A DNA stretch of 64,000 nucleotides from an uncultured Acidobacteriota bacterium (GTDB lineage Bacteria; Acidobacteriota; Terriglobia; Terriglobales; Acidobacteriaceae). The position numbers and the translations under genes are program-made. This document shows, piece by piece, positions 20,956 through 30,725 of the stretch; within the stretch, counting starts at the first letter, position 1; each line of letters opens with the position of its first letter. The notes beneath the pieces were generated by a model that saw only the letters and a list, made by a program, of their open reading frames with translations, had not been told where the DNA came from and made no database searches. The DNA lies in assembly GCA_963840655.1 (NCBI GenBank), contig CAWIZS010000009.1, forward strand, positions 102,283 through 166,282. Reading direction: 5' to 3'.

Positions 20956-22425
20956 ATGGGATTTGACTTGGATTCGAGCCAGCGCCAGCAGCTTGGCTAT
21001 CGCCTTATCGACCGCATTAACGAATATTTCTCTACCCTGAAAGATCGCCCGGTCCAGCAGCCATCCGATCGTCGCAGCTTCCTCCCCATCCAGGAAGATT
21101 TACCCGAGGTCGGCGAGGATGCAGCCTCGGTTCTCGACGACCTCTGCACGCAGATGATCGATCAGGGATTCCATATCCCCAGCGCCAACTACTTCGGCCT
21201 GATGAACCCCACGCCTACCTATATTGCCGTGCTGGCCGAGACCTTGGTCGCCGCGCTCAATCCGCAACTGGCTTCGCTGTCACGTTCGCAACTCGCGTCA
21301 AAAATCGAGCATGAGACGGTACGCTGGATCGCGGAGCGCGTGGGCTGGACGGGCGACAGTTATGGCGGCACATTTACCAGCGGAGGCAATGAAGCGAATC
21401 TGAGCGCACTGGCGCTCGCGTTGACGCATCGCTATCCCCAGGTCGCAGAGGACGGACTGCTCGGTCTCGCCAAGCAGCCGGTCGTCTATGCTTCGTCCGA
21501 ATCGCATCACTCACTGGAAAAGTCGCTTGGTCTGTTGGGCCTCGGCCGCAAGGCGCTGCGTCGCATTCCGGTTACGGAGCGCACGGAGATGGACCTGCCT
21601 GCGCTGGAAGATGCCATTGCCGCCGATCGCCTTGCCGGCATGGAGCCGCTCGCGGTCGTCGGCACAGCGGGCACAACCAACTCCGGCGCGATCGATCCGC
21701 TACCCGCGCTCGCGGAACTGTGCCGCCGGAACGATCTCTGGTTTCATGTGGATGGCGCGTACGGCGCGGCCGCCATTTTCTCTGACAAGCACCGCTCTAT
21801 GGTGAGCGGGATTGAACTTGCCGATTCCATCACGATCGATCCGCACAAATGGCTGGCGATGCCGTTTGCCGCGGGCGTCATGCTGACTCGCCATCCTGGC
21901 CTGCTGGAGCCGACCTTCAGCCTGGAAACCAGCTATCTCCCACGCATCGCAGACAATCCGATGCCGGATAATTTTCGCATCTCCGCGCAATGGTCGCGGC
22001 GAATGAACTCGCTGAAGTTCTGGCTGACGCTGCGCGTCCACGGCCGCAGAGCGTATGAGGAACTGATCGATTCGCAGCTCGTGCTGGCTGCCTACATGGA
22101 GTCAAGCGTGCTGAAAACCGGTCAATTTGATTTGGCGACTCCGCGACGGCTGCCGATCCTGAATTTCCGCGCCGCTGCCGTGCGCGAGTTGAACTTATCC
22201 GAACAGGAAACAGAGAAGCTTCATCGGGAAATCGTTCGGCTGGTCACAGAGGACGGGAGGCAATGGATCTCGGCTACCCATGTGAATGGCCGCAGCGTGC
22301 TGCGCATCATGGTAATCAGCTATCTGACGGAGCGCCGTCACATCGACGATCTTGTGCAGAAATTGGAGCATGCCGCCCGCGCAGCGATGGTGCATTTGGC
22401 GCTGCCGGCCTCCGCCCATATCTGA
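20956..22425 (+). CDS. pyridoxal-dependent (group II) amino-acid decarboxylase family protein
   Basis: TSGGNEANLSAL, HVDGAYGAA and ITIDPHKW (PLP-Lys) motifs. The ATG at 20956 was chosen inside the longer ORF. Confidence 0.8.
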   Translation: MGFDLDSSQRQQLGYRLIDRINEYFSTLKDRPVQQPSDRRSFLPIQEDLPEVGEDAASVLDDLCTQMIDQGFHIPSANYFGLMNPTPTYIAVLAETLVAALNPQLASLSRSQLASKIEHETVRWIAERVGWTGDSYGGTFTSGGNEANLSALALALTHRYPQVAEDGLLGLAKQPVVYASSESHHSLEKSLGLLGLGRKALRRIPVTERTEMDLPALEDAIAADRLAGMEPLAVVGTAGTTNSGAIDPLPALAELCRRNDLWFHVDGAYGAAAIFSDKHRSMVSGIELADSITIDPHKWLAMPFAAGVMLTRHPGLLEPTFSLETSYLPRIADNPMPDNFRISAQWSRRMNSLKFWLTLRVHGRRAYEELIDSQLVLAAYMESSVLKTGQFDLATPRRLPILNFRAAAVRELNLSEQETEKLHREIVRLVTEDGRQWISATHVNGRSVLRIMVISYLTERRHIDDLVQKLEHAARAAMVHLALPASAHI

Positions 22426-22546
22426 CCCTCCAGTTAACGCTGGCTGTTTTGTCTTCTCAAAAAATTCATAAGGGGATTGGCGAACCGTGTTGGGAGAGAG
22501 ATAATCAAGCCAACAAAATTGCTCTCACGGATTGGAACTCCCCCGA

Positions 22547-23038
22547 ATGCACAAGCCTCTGACTGTGCTGGCGATTTTTGTCCTGCTGTCTTCGACCGTC
22601 GCAAGAGCGAAGCATACTTGCATCGCGCCGGACAAGGCGTTGCAGCACGTCGATAAAAACGTCTGCATTGCCGCGCATGTCTATCGCGTGGTCGACGCTA
22701 CGGATGGAGTCCATTTTCTTGACGTATGCAGCCCGCAGACTTCGGATGCGGACTGCCATTTCTTCATTCTCAGCTTCAGCCGCGATGAGAAATCGGTCGG
22801 CAGCTTGCAGAAACTGGTCAACCAGGACATCAAAATCCGCGGAACGGTGAACACAATTCAGGGTCGCGCTGTTGTTGTACTCAGCAGCAAAGGCCAGCTT
22901 CACGGCGGCAAGGAAAAATTCCATCCCAACCCGCGGCTCGTCCAGAGCTTCTCTGCGGAAAATGGAGGTCAGGGCTTTTCCGCCAGGAACGGCACGATGG
23001 GCCAGCGCGGCGTGCATTTTCATCATCGCGGGAATTAA
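22547..23038 (+). CDS. hypothetical secreted protein
   Basis: MHKPLTVLAIFVLLSSTVARA is a signal-peptide-like N-terminus, and several Cys residues follow. It was preferred over the antisense ORF 22505-23026. Confidence 0.5.
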   Translation: MHKPLTVLAIFVLLSSTVARAKHTCIAPDKALQHVDKNVCIAAHVYRVVDATDGVHFLDVCSPQTSDADCHFFILSFSRDEKSVGSLQKLVNQDIKIRGTVNTIQGRAVVVLSSKGQLHGGKEKFHPNPRLVQSFSAENGGQGFSARNGTMGQRGVHFHHRGN

Positions 23039-23059
23039 ATCGGATCCGTTCGTCGGCGT

Positions 23060-24268
23060 TCACCACAACGGCCCCGCATGACGGCGCAGTTCTTTCAGCG
23101 GATACAGCGTGCCACGCCATAGAACTCCGCCACGCCATAAAACCAGAATCATCGAGCGCAATATCGTAATGAGGAAAAGCAGCGTGGAGACAGGAAACAA
23201 TAATAGATACGCCGGAGAGATTTCTGTCTGCCGCCAATAGCGCAGGTTCAATAACAGCAGTGCCGCGAGCGTTACGACACCGGCCCATCGCGCAGGCCCG
23301 GAAAACGCCAGTGCGACAAACGGCGTCACGCACAGAAGCAGCAGGCCAATGCAAGCGCCTAACACCAGTGACGTGCGAAAGCGGAATGCCGCGTACATGT
23401 TTTTTGTCAGATTTTGCAGGATGCCCCATGCGCTGTCGGCCCATCGAATGCGCGCCAAATCTTTGCCGAAGACGGCGCGCTGCGCGTAGCCTGCTCGCTT
23501 CACCCGATAGCCGAGCCGCATGTCCTCCAGCACTTCCATGCGCAGCTCGGCGTATCCTCCCAGCGCTTCATACACTGGGCGGCGAATCAGATTGAACGCG
23601 CCGACTCCGATGTAATCACCCTTCGCCAGGGGATCGGCAATCTTCCAGGGACGCGCCGCCCACGCGGACACGCTTTGAAAAAATGCAATCAGCATCCGTT
23701 CCGCCCAACCATGCAAAATCATTGTCGGATAAAGAACCAGGTGATCCGAGCCGGTTTGCGACGCGTACGCAACGGCAAGACGAACCGCGTTGGGAGCAAA
23801 GATGACATCCGCGTCCGTGAACAGAAGCCAATCCGAAGAAGATTCGGAAGCCGCCAGCGCCATCGCGTGCGGTTTCCCTAGCCATCCTTCGGGAAGGTCC
23901 TTTACGTGCAGCACGCGCAGGCGGCCATGTGCATCATCGCGAACGGCAACTTCGTCCATCAACGCACCCGTCGCATCCATCGAACGATCATCCACTGCAA
24001 CGATCTGCAGCGCTGGATAATCGCCGGCCAGCACGCTCTCCAAGGAAGTTTTGATGGCGGCAGCTTCGTCCTTTGCGGGAACAATGACGGCAACCGATGG
24101 CCAGGCCGTCATTTCAATCGCCGCGTATTGCACATCCAACAGGTTCGAAACGCGAGGCAGCATTCGCAACGCCGGCAGCACGCGCCACAGCCACGCGGCC
24201 GCGATGAGCCACGCAAAAGCGGCGAAAGTGATTCGCCCGTAATGATGCAGTGCCAAAGCAAGGGACAT
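23060..24268 (-). CDS. family-2 glycosyltransferase, membrane-anchored (HpnI-like / ceramide-glucosyltransferase-like)
   Basis: VAVIVPAKDE...VAVDDRSMDATG...EGWLGKPHAM...LFTDADV is a GT-A DxD pattern, and C-terminal TM helices follow. Assignment to HpnI is only an inference from the nearby hpn genes. Confidence 0.7.
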   Translation of the reverse strand: MSLALALHHYGRITFAAFAWLIAAAWLWRVLPALRMLPRVSNLLDVQYAAIEMTAWPSVAVIVPAKDEAAAIKTSLESVLAGDYPALQIVAVDDRSMDATGALMDEVAVRDDAHGRLRVLHVKDLPEGWLGKPHAMALAASESSSDWLLFTDADVIFAPNAVRLAVAYASQTGSDHLVLYPTMILHGWAERMLIAFFQSVSAWAARPWKIADPLAKGDYIGVGAFNLIRRPVYEALGGYAELRMEVLEDMRLGYRVKRAGYAQRAVFGKDLARIRWADSAWGILQNLTKNMYAAFRFRTSLVLGACIGLLLLCVTPFVALAFSGPARWAGVVTLAALLLLNLRYWRQTEISPAYLLLFPVSTLLFLITILRSMILVLWRGGVLWRGTLYPLKELRRHAGPLW

Positions 24269-24336
24269 GTTCTTTCAGTATGCCGACTGCTCGGCAGAAT
24301 CGTCGCTGGAAGTCCTGAAATTTCGCGAAACTTCTT

Positions 24337-25584
24337 TCAAATCGCGGCAATGTCAATTTCCGGAGCAAACCGCGCGCCCGCGAAAATCAGGACTGCCGAA
24401 GCAATCAACGTAATCAGAGTAACGGCGAGCCCGGCCCGCAATGACGAATGATCGGAGACCCACCCGATGATGCGCGGCGATGGCGCATCCCCGAGAGCAT
24501 GGATAACAAAAAGCTCAATCGCGATGGCGGTCGAGCGAATCGGCGCATCCACCGCGTTCACGATTGCGGCATTCAGGGGCCCCGTATTCAGGAAAAGAAG
24601 AAATTCCGCGACCGCCAGTGACGGCACCATCGCGGCGCGCGGCCCGTAGAACGTCAGCAGCGCGAACGGTGCGGCCAGCAGCACACTCCATGCGGAGAGC
24701 AGATAGAGCGCCGCTTTGTTCCGCCGCAGCCAGCGCTGCGCGATCCAGCCGCCTAACGCGGTTCCCACAATGCCATCGACAACTGTGATTGCACCCAGAA
24801 TCTGACTGGCTCCGGCGAGCGAATAATGCCCGTTCCGATAAAGAAAAGTCGGCATCCAGACGGAAATTCCGCCAAGGGAAAAGACCATCATCGCCATGCC
24901 CAGGGTCGCCGTCCAATATGCTGGATTGCGCGCCAGCCCGGTCAGGGTGGCGCGATCCGCTCTGACAGCGAGGGGCTCAGAAGCTCCGCGCGCCGGTTCC
25001 CGCATAAATATCCAGATCAATACGACAACCAACAATCCCGGCACAGCCGATACATAAAAGGGCGCGCGCCAGCCGTCCGCTTGTCCGACCGTTCCGCCGA
25101 CGATATATCCCAACGCGGCTCCAATTGGCAGCGAGAGATAGAAAATCGTCAGGATGCGATTGCGCTGTTCCGCCGGCCAATAGTCCGACAGCAATGCCGG
25201 AGCATAAATGCAGAAGCTGGCCTCGCCGATGCCGACTAGCGCGTGCCGCCAGTACAGTTCCCCGAAGGTATGGACCAGTGCTGTGGAAAGTGTCAGAACG
25301 CTCCACAGCAATGCTCCGGCAATGATCAGCGGCTTGCGCGGAAAGTGATCGCCCAGCCAACCAGTGAGCGGCGCGGCCAGCATATACGTGATGAAAAAAG
25401 CGAATGTGAGCGCGCCGATTTGTTCATCGTTTACATGAAAAGCGCGTTGCACTAAGGGCTGCACGCCCGCCAACACATAGCGATCGATGTAATTCAGCAG
25501 GTTCAGCGCAGTCAGCAGCGCGAGCGCGACCCACGCGGCACGTACGGTGCGAGTTGGTTGCTGCTGTAATATCTTGCTATCCAT
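24337..25584 (-). CDS. MFS transporter (Spinster-like)
   Basis: 415 aa, about 12 TM helices, with ..LNYIDRYVLAGV.. and ..GWLGDHFPRKPLI.. motifs. Confidence 0.85.
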   Translation of the reverse strand: MDSKILQQQPTRTVRAAWVALALLTALNLLNYIDRYVLAGVQPLVQRAFHVNDEQIGALTFAFFITYMLAAPLTGWLGDHFPRKPLIIAGALLWSVLTLSTALVHTFGELYWRHALVGIGEASFCIYAPALLSDYWPAEQRNRILTIFYLSLPIGAALGYIVGGTVGQADGWRAPFYVSAVPGLLVVVLIWIFMREPARGASEPLAVRADRATLTGLARNPAYWTATLGMAMMVFSLGGISVWMPTFLYRNGHYSLAGASQILGAITVVDGIVGTALGGWIAQRWLRRNKAALYLLSAWSVLLAAPFALLTFYGPRAAMVPSLAVAEFLLFLNTGPLNAAIVNAVDAPIRSTAIAIELFVIHALGDAPSPRIIGWVSDHSSLRAGLAVTLITLIASAVLIFAGARFAPEIDIAAI

Positions 25585-25622
25585 GCGTCGCCAGCATATC
25601 AGGGCGTCGCCAGCATATCAGG
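25585..25622. repeat. perfect 19-bp tandem duplication (gcgtcgccagcatatcagg x2) abutting the MFS start codon
   Basis: Read directly: 25585-25603 equals 25604-25622. Confidence 0.9.
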
Positions 25623-25701
25623 CCCACATTTCGCTTTGCGCCCGTGGTGTGTGCCGGCGAATGCCCGACAGTGATTAGATTTCCCCACTAGAGGAGCCGG
25701 A

Positions 25702-26238
25702 ATGCAAACTTTCATCGTCTTCGCCTTGAGCAACTTCCCCTTGACGTTTCTAATTATCGGTTTTATCGCCGCTTTTTTGTCTTTGGTCTTTAGCAGCGCG
25801 GCGAAATCTCCGCATCGAGTCCTCGAGAAAACGTTCGCATATTTTTTACTTTTTCCACTGGGATTTTCCTTCCTTTACAACTTCATCATGCATGTCTTCT
25901 TCGGGAAAATGGCAGCATCGTTTATCGGCTGGCAGAACAGCCCATTCCAGGCGGAAGTCGGGTTCGCCAGCTTAGGGTTCGCGGTGGTTGCTTTTTTGGC
26001 GTTTCGCGGCAGCCACGGGTTGCGCATCGGAGCAGTCGTTGGACCGGCATTTTTTCTGCTCGGCGCGGCCGCCGGGCACGTCAGAGAGATGATTGTGGCC
26101 CACAACTTTGCTCCAGGAAACGCCGGAATTATTTTCTATATGGACATCATCATCCCCGCGATTGGACTGGCGCTGCTTTGGATGGAACAGAGGACCCTGC
26201 GCACTGAGCACAAAGAAACTGCGATTCATCCAGCTTGA
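25702..26238 (+). CDS. hypothetical integral membrane protein
   Basis: 178 aa with 5-6 hydrophobic helices. I recognised no motif. Confidence 0.5.
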   Translation: MQTFIVFALSNFPLTFLIIGFIAAFLSLVFSSAAKSPHRVLEKTFAYFLLFPLGFSFLYNFIMHVFFGKMAASFIGWQNSPFQAEVGFASLGFAVVAFLAFRGSHGLRIGAVVGPAFFLLGAAAGHVREMIVAHNFAPGNAGIIFYMDIIIPAIGLALLWMEQRTLRTEHKETAIHPA

Positions 26239-26271
26239 TTTCTTCGATTGCCGATTCGGCTGTGTTCCGTT

Positions 26272-27408
26272 TTATTTCGCCGCTCGCGCGCAGATCGGCC
26301 CGGCAATCGCCAGGACCAGAACATATGCGGCGGACAATGGTCCGAGTTTCGGCTCCAGTCCAGCTCCCAGAGCCGCGATCACGATGGAGAATTCTCCGCG
26401 AGCGATCAAAACTGTACCCGCGCGCAATCTTCCCTGACGATCGACGCCCGCTCGTTGAGCTGCCCAATAGCCCGTCAATACCTTGGTGAGCGCGGTGACG
26501 ACGCCCAATCCAATCGCCAACAATAAAACAGAACGCAGCGATGCGGGATCGATCTGCAGCCCGAAGAAAAAGAAGAACAGTGCGGCAAACAAATCCCGAA
26601 GCGGCGCGAGTAGCCTGTGCGACTGTTCGGCCAAGGGACCGGAGACTGCAATGCCCACCAGAAATGCGCCAATCGCGGCGGAGACCTGCAGCCGCTCCGC
26701 AATGCCGCCGACCAGAAGAACCGTGCCGAACGTCGTCAATAGGATGATCTCATCCGACTCATGCGCCACCACCCGGCTGAACGCGCGGCCGTAGCGAATA
26801 GCCAGGAACAGTACGAGCGCGACGGTTGCGACCGCAATCGAGACCGACACGACCAACCGGACCGGGCCTCCGCCGACGATCAAGACAGCCACCAGCGGCA
26901 GGTAAACCGCCATCGCCAGGTCTTCCAACACCAGAACAGAAAGGATGGTCGGAGTCTCAGGAAGATCGAGCCGTTTCAGTTCCGCAAGCACCTTGGCAAC
27001 GATGCCGGAAGAGGAAATGTACGTCACGCCGCCGAGTAAAACAGCGGGCAGCAGCTTCCATCCCAGCAGCAGACCGGCGATCAAACCGGGCGGAAAGTTC
27101 AGCACAAAATCGAGGACGCCCGCGGTGAATCCTCCGCGCAGGCTGGCTTTGAGTTGCTCTCCGGAGTACTCCAGCCCCAACATGAACAGCAGCAGGAGCA
27201 CGCCAATTTCCGCGCCGCCGTGTATAAAGCCTTCGCTTACCTTCAGTGGCGCGAGTCCGCCGTTGCCGAAAGCCAGGCCGGCCAGAAGATAGAGAGGAAT
27301 CGCCGAGAATCCCCAGCGGCTGGCGATCCGCGCCAGGATCGACAGACCAATGACGGCGCTTCCCAGCTCGATAAAGTCGATGGCAGCGTGGACAGTGGAG
27401 GGGGGCAT
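26272..27408 (-). CDS. cation:proton antiporter (CPA2 / Kef-type membrane domain)
   Basis: ..IPLYLLAGLAFGNGGL..EIGVLLLLFMLGLEYS..SVLVLEDLAMAVYLPL.. is a pattern typical of Na+/H+-exchanger family proteins. Confidence 0.8.
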   Translation of the reverse strand: MPPSTVHAAIDFIELGSAVIGLSILARIASRWGFSAIPLYLLAGLAFGNGGLAPLKVSEGFIHGGAEIGVLLLLFMLGLEYSGEQLKASLRGGFTAGVLDFVLNFPPGLIAGLLLGWKLLPAVLLGGVTYISSSGIVAKVLAELKRLDLPETPTILSVLVLEDLAMAVYLPLVAVLIVGGGPVRLVVSVSIAVATVALVLFLAIRYGRAFSRVVAHESDEIILLTTFGTVLLVGGIAERLQVSAAIGAFLVGIAVSGPLAEQSHRLLAPLRDLFAALFFFFFGLQIDPASLRSVLLLAIGLGVVTALTKVLTGYWAAQRAGVDRQGRLRAGTVLIARGEFSIVIAALGAGLEPKLGPLSAAYVLVLAIAGPICARAAK

Positions 27409-27519
27409 TGGGTCACGCTACAGCATTCCAGCCTGCAAGGGAAGACCGTTTGCGTTACGCAGCATGTAATTCATGGAGTTCTTCCGCCCAGGCTCTCCGG
27501 GCGAAGGCGCGGGCCACCA

Positions 27520-28686
27520 CTAGCTTCGAGCGCCGCCGCCACCGCGAAATCCGCGAAAAAATGCACGAATATCGTCGGCTAACAACTCAGGCTCCTCCGC
27601 AGCAGCAAAGTGACCTCCGCGCGGCATGTCTGTCCAGCGTTGCACGTTGTAGCCGCGTTCAATCCACGGCCTGGGAGGAAAGGGTTCCTCTTTTGGAAAA
27701 TGGGCGATCGCACACGGCACATGAACAAAGTCGCCGAGACGAAAGTGCAGCGGGGCTTTTCTGCCCTCGTAATACAAACGGAAAGATGAGTGGATGGTTT
27801 CTGTCATCCAGTAGAGTGTCACATTCGTCAGCAGTTCTTCCCGCGTAAACCTGCTGTACAAATCGCCGTCGCAGTCCGACCAGTCACGGAATTTTTCCAG
27901 GAGCCATGCCGCCAATGCGGCGGGAGAGTCGTTCAACCCATACGCCGCAGTCTGTGGACGCGTCCCCTGCAGATGCGCGTACGCCCCGTTTTGGTCGTAC
28001 CAGCGACCTGCAGTTTGAAGGAACTCCTCTTCCGGCGGTTCCAGCGCCGCCTCGGGATCTAGGTATGGCCGATAGGAACCGGGGATGTAGTTGAGATGAA
28101 TGCCGAGGACCGCGGGAGCGTGACGCAGCCCGAGAATGGTGCTCACGCTCGCTCCGATATCTCCTCCCTGGGCCGCAAAACTGCTATACCCCAATTCGAG
28201 CATGAGGGCTGCCCACAATTCGGCGATGCGGAAGGCGTTCATGCCGCGACCCGGTCGATCTGAAAACCCGTACCCCGGCATGGAGGGGATCACCACATCG
28301 AATGAGTCCGAGGCGTCTCCGCCGTGCGCCGCCGGATCCGTCAACAACGGGAGAATGCGAATCATTTCTAGAAAAGATCCCGGCCAACCATGCGTCATCA
28401 CCAGTGGAATCGGGGCCGGTCCTTGCCCGCGCTCGTGAATAAAATGGATCCCGACACCGTCCGACACGAATCGGTAGTGGTGAAGAGCAGAAAGCTTCTC
28501 CACTTGCTGTTTCCAATCGAACTGGCCTTTCCAATAGAGACAGATTTCTTTGAGAGACGCGAGATCGAACCCGTAATCCCGCGCGTAACCCGGCACCTCA
28601 TCGGGCCAGCGCGTTCGCGCGAGCCTGTCTCGAAGATCGTCCACCGCGTGCTGAGAAAAAGGTAGGAAGAATGGTTCCAGGGCCAT
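27520..28686 (-). CDS. epoxide hydrolase (alpha/beta hydrolase with N-terminal EH domain)
   Basis: ..IHFIHERGQGPAPIPLVMTHGWPGSFLEM.. (HGWP oxyanion motif) and ..GGDIGASV.. (nucleophile elbow). Confidence 0.8.
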   Translation of the reverse strand: MALEPFFLPFSQHAVDDLRDRLARTRWPDEVPGYARDYGFDLASLKEICLYWKGQFDWKQQVEKLSALHHYRFVSDGVGIHFIHERGQGPAPIPLVMTHGWPGSFLEMIRILPLLTDPAAHGGDASDSFDVVIPSMPGYGFSDRPGRGMNAFRIAELWAALMLELGYSSFAAQGGDIGASVSTILGLRHAPAVLGIHLNYIPGSYRPYLDPEAALEPPEEEFLQTAGRWYDQNGAYAHLQGTRPQTAAYGLNDSPAALAAWLLEKFRDWSDCDGDLYSRFTREELLTNVTLYWMTETIHSSFRLYYEGRKAPLHFRLGDFVHVPCAIAHFPKEEPFPPRPWIERGYNVQRWTDMPRGGHFAAAEEPELLADDIRAFFRGFRGGGGARS

Positions 28687-28745
28687 GGCCGCAATCCATC
28701 GATTCCAGAGGAGATATAAAAACTATCTCGCTCAGTCGGATTCCT

Positions 28746-29195
28746 TTACTTTTCCGTCGGTCGCGGCCAGCGTGCTTCAATCGTGGTGGAAATACCACCG
28801 CGCGGGCGAAATTCTCCACGCACCACGGCCCAGACGGGATCGCAAGCCTTCACGACATCTTCCAGCACCTGGTTCACGATGTTCTCCTGAAAGATTCCAA
28901 GCTGCCGATAGCTGAAGAGATACTCCTTATAGGAACGCAATTCCAGGCACTGTTTGCGGGGCATATAGCGCAGCGTGATTGCGCCGAAATCAGGCAGACC
29001 CGTTTTCGGGCACACGGACGTAAATTCCGGGCTGTCAATCACGATTTCATACGCGGGAAACTGGTTGGGCCAGGTCTCGATCTCTGGAAATGGGAAATCG
29101 AGTCCGGCACTGGCGTGGTCTTCGGTGTACCTTGCGGCGATTTTTTTGGCAGCGGGTGACATACAAGTCGATTGTACGGAATACTGCGGAGCCAT
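28746..29195 (-). CDS. queF: NADPH-dependent 7-cyano-7-deazaguanine (preQ0) reductase
   Basis: EFTSVCPKTGLPDFG with the catalytic Cys, plus ELRSYKEYLFSYR. The start is uncertain (29195 or ATG 29162). Confidence 0.85.
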   Translation of the reverse strand: MAPQYSVQSTCMSPAAKKIAARYTEDHASAGLDFPFPEIETWPNQFPAYEIVIDSPEFTSVCPKTGLPDFGAITLRYMPRKQCLELRSYKEYLFSYRQLGIFQENIVNQVLEDVVKACDPVWAVVRGEFRPRGGISTTIEARWPRPTEK

Positions 29196-29326
29196 TGAGA
29201 ACGCCTGATCGGAAGCGGCGTCGAAATCTCCGCATGACCTTCAAGGTAACCCCAGCTTACTGAATCCCTTGGCGACGTTTCGCGTCTTATATACTGGCTA
29301 CTCCAGTCGATTTGCAGAAATAGCAT

Positions 29327-30571
29327 ATGGCCGATCCAAGTCCCAGGGGACCCCGAAAAAATCGCGCGAATCTCTGGATCGTGACCGTTATCGTCATATT
29401 GATCGCGGCGGTGCTTCTGCATCATTTCACCCGAAGCGTTTTGCCGGTGCGCATGGCAGCCGTGGAGCGGGGTCCGCTGATCAGCACCTTGAGCACGAAC
29501 GGAATCGTCCAGCCGATCCAGAATTTTGAGGCCTTTAGCCCAAAGCCGGGCATCGTGAAGGCGGTCTACGTCCACGAGGGAGAAAAAGTCAAAAAAGGCC
29601 AACTGCTTCTCTCCATGGACGATTCTCAGGCCCGGTCCGACGTTACTGCGGCGCTCGCGGCGCTGCGTGGGGCGCAGGCAGCATTACAGGCACTCCAGCA
29701 CGGAAGCCGCCCGCAACAAATCACTTTATCGAGCGACGTCGAAAAAACGAAAGCGGCACGAGATCAAGCCGCGGCGAACCTCGCAACTCTGGAGCAACTG
29801 CAGAAACAAGGCGCCGCTTCCGACAGTGAAGTCGAAGCTGCGCGCAGAAATTTATCGGCGGCAAATGCAAATTTGCACACTCTCGATGAACGGCAGACCC
29901 AGAATTTCGCGCCAATCGACCTGGAACATGCGCAGGCCAACGTGGCCAACGCACAGGCCGCCTACGCCTCGGCGCTCAACGTGCTGCGGCAGGAAAATGT
30001 GCGCGCTCCGTTCGCTGGAACGGTGTATTCCGTGCAGGCGCGTCCCAGCGATTTCAAGCCGGCCGGCGATCTGCTGCTGCAGATGGCGGACCTGACCAAG
30101 ATTCAGGTCCATGCATATTTTGACGAGCCGGAGATCGGCAAGCTGAAGCTGGGCAGCCCAGTCACCATCGTGTGGAACGCAAAACCCGGGCGCGTATGGC
30201 ACGGTCATATCGTGCGCGTCCCGACGACCATCATTCCCTATGGCACCCGCAGCGTTGGTGAAGCGCTCGTCTCTGTGGACGATTCAGACGAGACATTGCT
30301 GCCGAACACCAATGTCACCATCACGGTCACGCTCCTGGATATTCACGACACGCTGATCGTTCCACGCGAGGCTTTGCGCGTGAACGACAGCGGCGATTTT
30401 GTACTGCGCGTTGCAGATGGACATCTGCGGCGCACGCCCGTGACCATCGGCGCTCTGAATCTGACCGAGGTGCAGATTCTGTCCGGCATTTCCCAGGGCA
30501 CTGTCGTTGCTTTGTCCGCGCCGGATGGCACCAATTTGCACGGCGGGATGTCCGTAAGCCGCGCGGAATAG
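29327..30571 (+). CDS. efflux transporter periplasmic adaptor (membrane fusion protein, HlyD/MacA-like)
   Basis: An N-terminal TM helix, then a lipoyl-like ..VKAVYVHEGEKVKKGQLLLSMD.., a long coiled-coil region and a beta-barrel C-terminus. Confidence 0.8.
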   Translation: MADPSPRGPRKNRANLWIVTVIVILIAAVLLHHFTRSVLPVRMAAVERGPLISTLSTNGIVQPIQNFEAFSPKPGIVKAVYVHEGEKVKKGQLLLSMDDSQARSDVTAALAALRGAQAALQALQHGSRPQQITLSSDVEKTKAARDQAAANLATLEQLQKQGAASDSEVEAARRNLSAANANLHTLDERQTQNFAPIDLEHAQANVANAQAAYASALNVLRQENVRAPFAGTVYSVQARPSDFKPAGDLLLQMADLTKIQVHAYFDEPEIGKLKLGSPVTIVWNAKPGRVWHGHIVRVPTTIIPYGTRSVGEALVSVDDSDETLLPNTNVTITVTLLDIHDTLIVPREALRVNDSGDFVLRVADGHLRRTPVTIGALNLTEVQILSGISQGTVVALSAPDGTNLHGGMSVSRAE

Positions 30572-30725
30572 CGTATGCATCTCTTCTTTTCCCTTCCCCG
30601 TCACGATTCGACCGCTCTTCGCACTCTGTGTTTACGGGGCGATATGCAGCGCCATTCTTCCGCCGCGCCTGCTCGCTTCGCCGGCGCCGTCCTCGCCCGC
30701 AGCCTACCTCGCGATTCATCGGGAT

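Noticed and set aside
22505-23026. 173-aa minus-strand ORF overlapping the secreted hypothetical protein
   Set aside because: The plus-strand frame has a clean signal peptide and a sensible start. The minus-strand product has no features and would run tail-to-head into the GT2 gene. The call remains low confidence either way.
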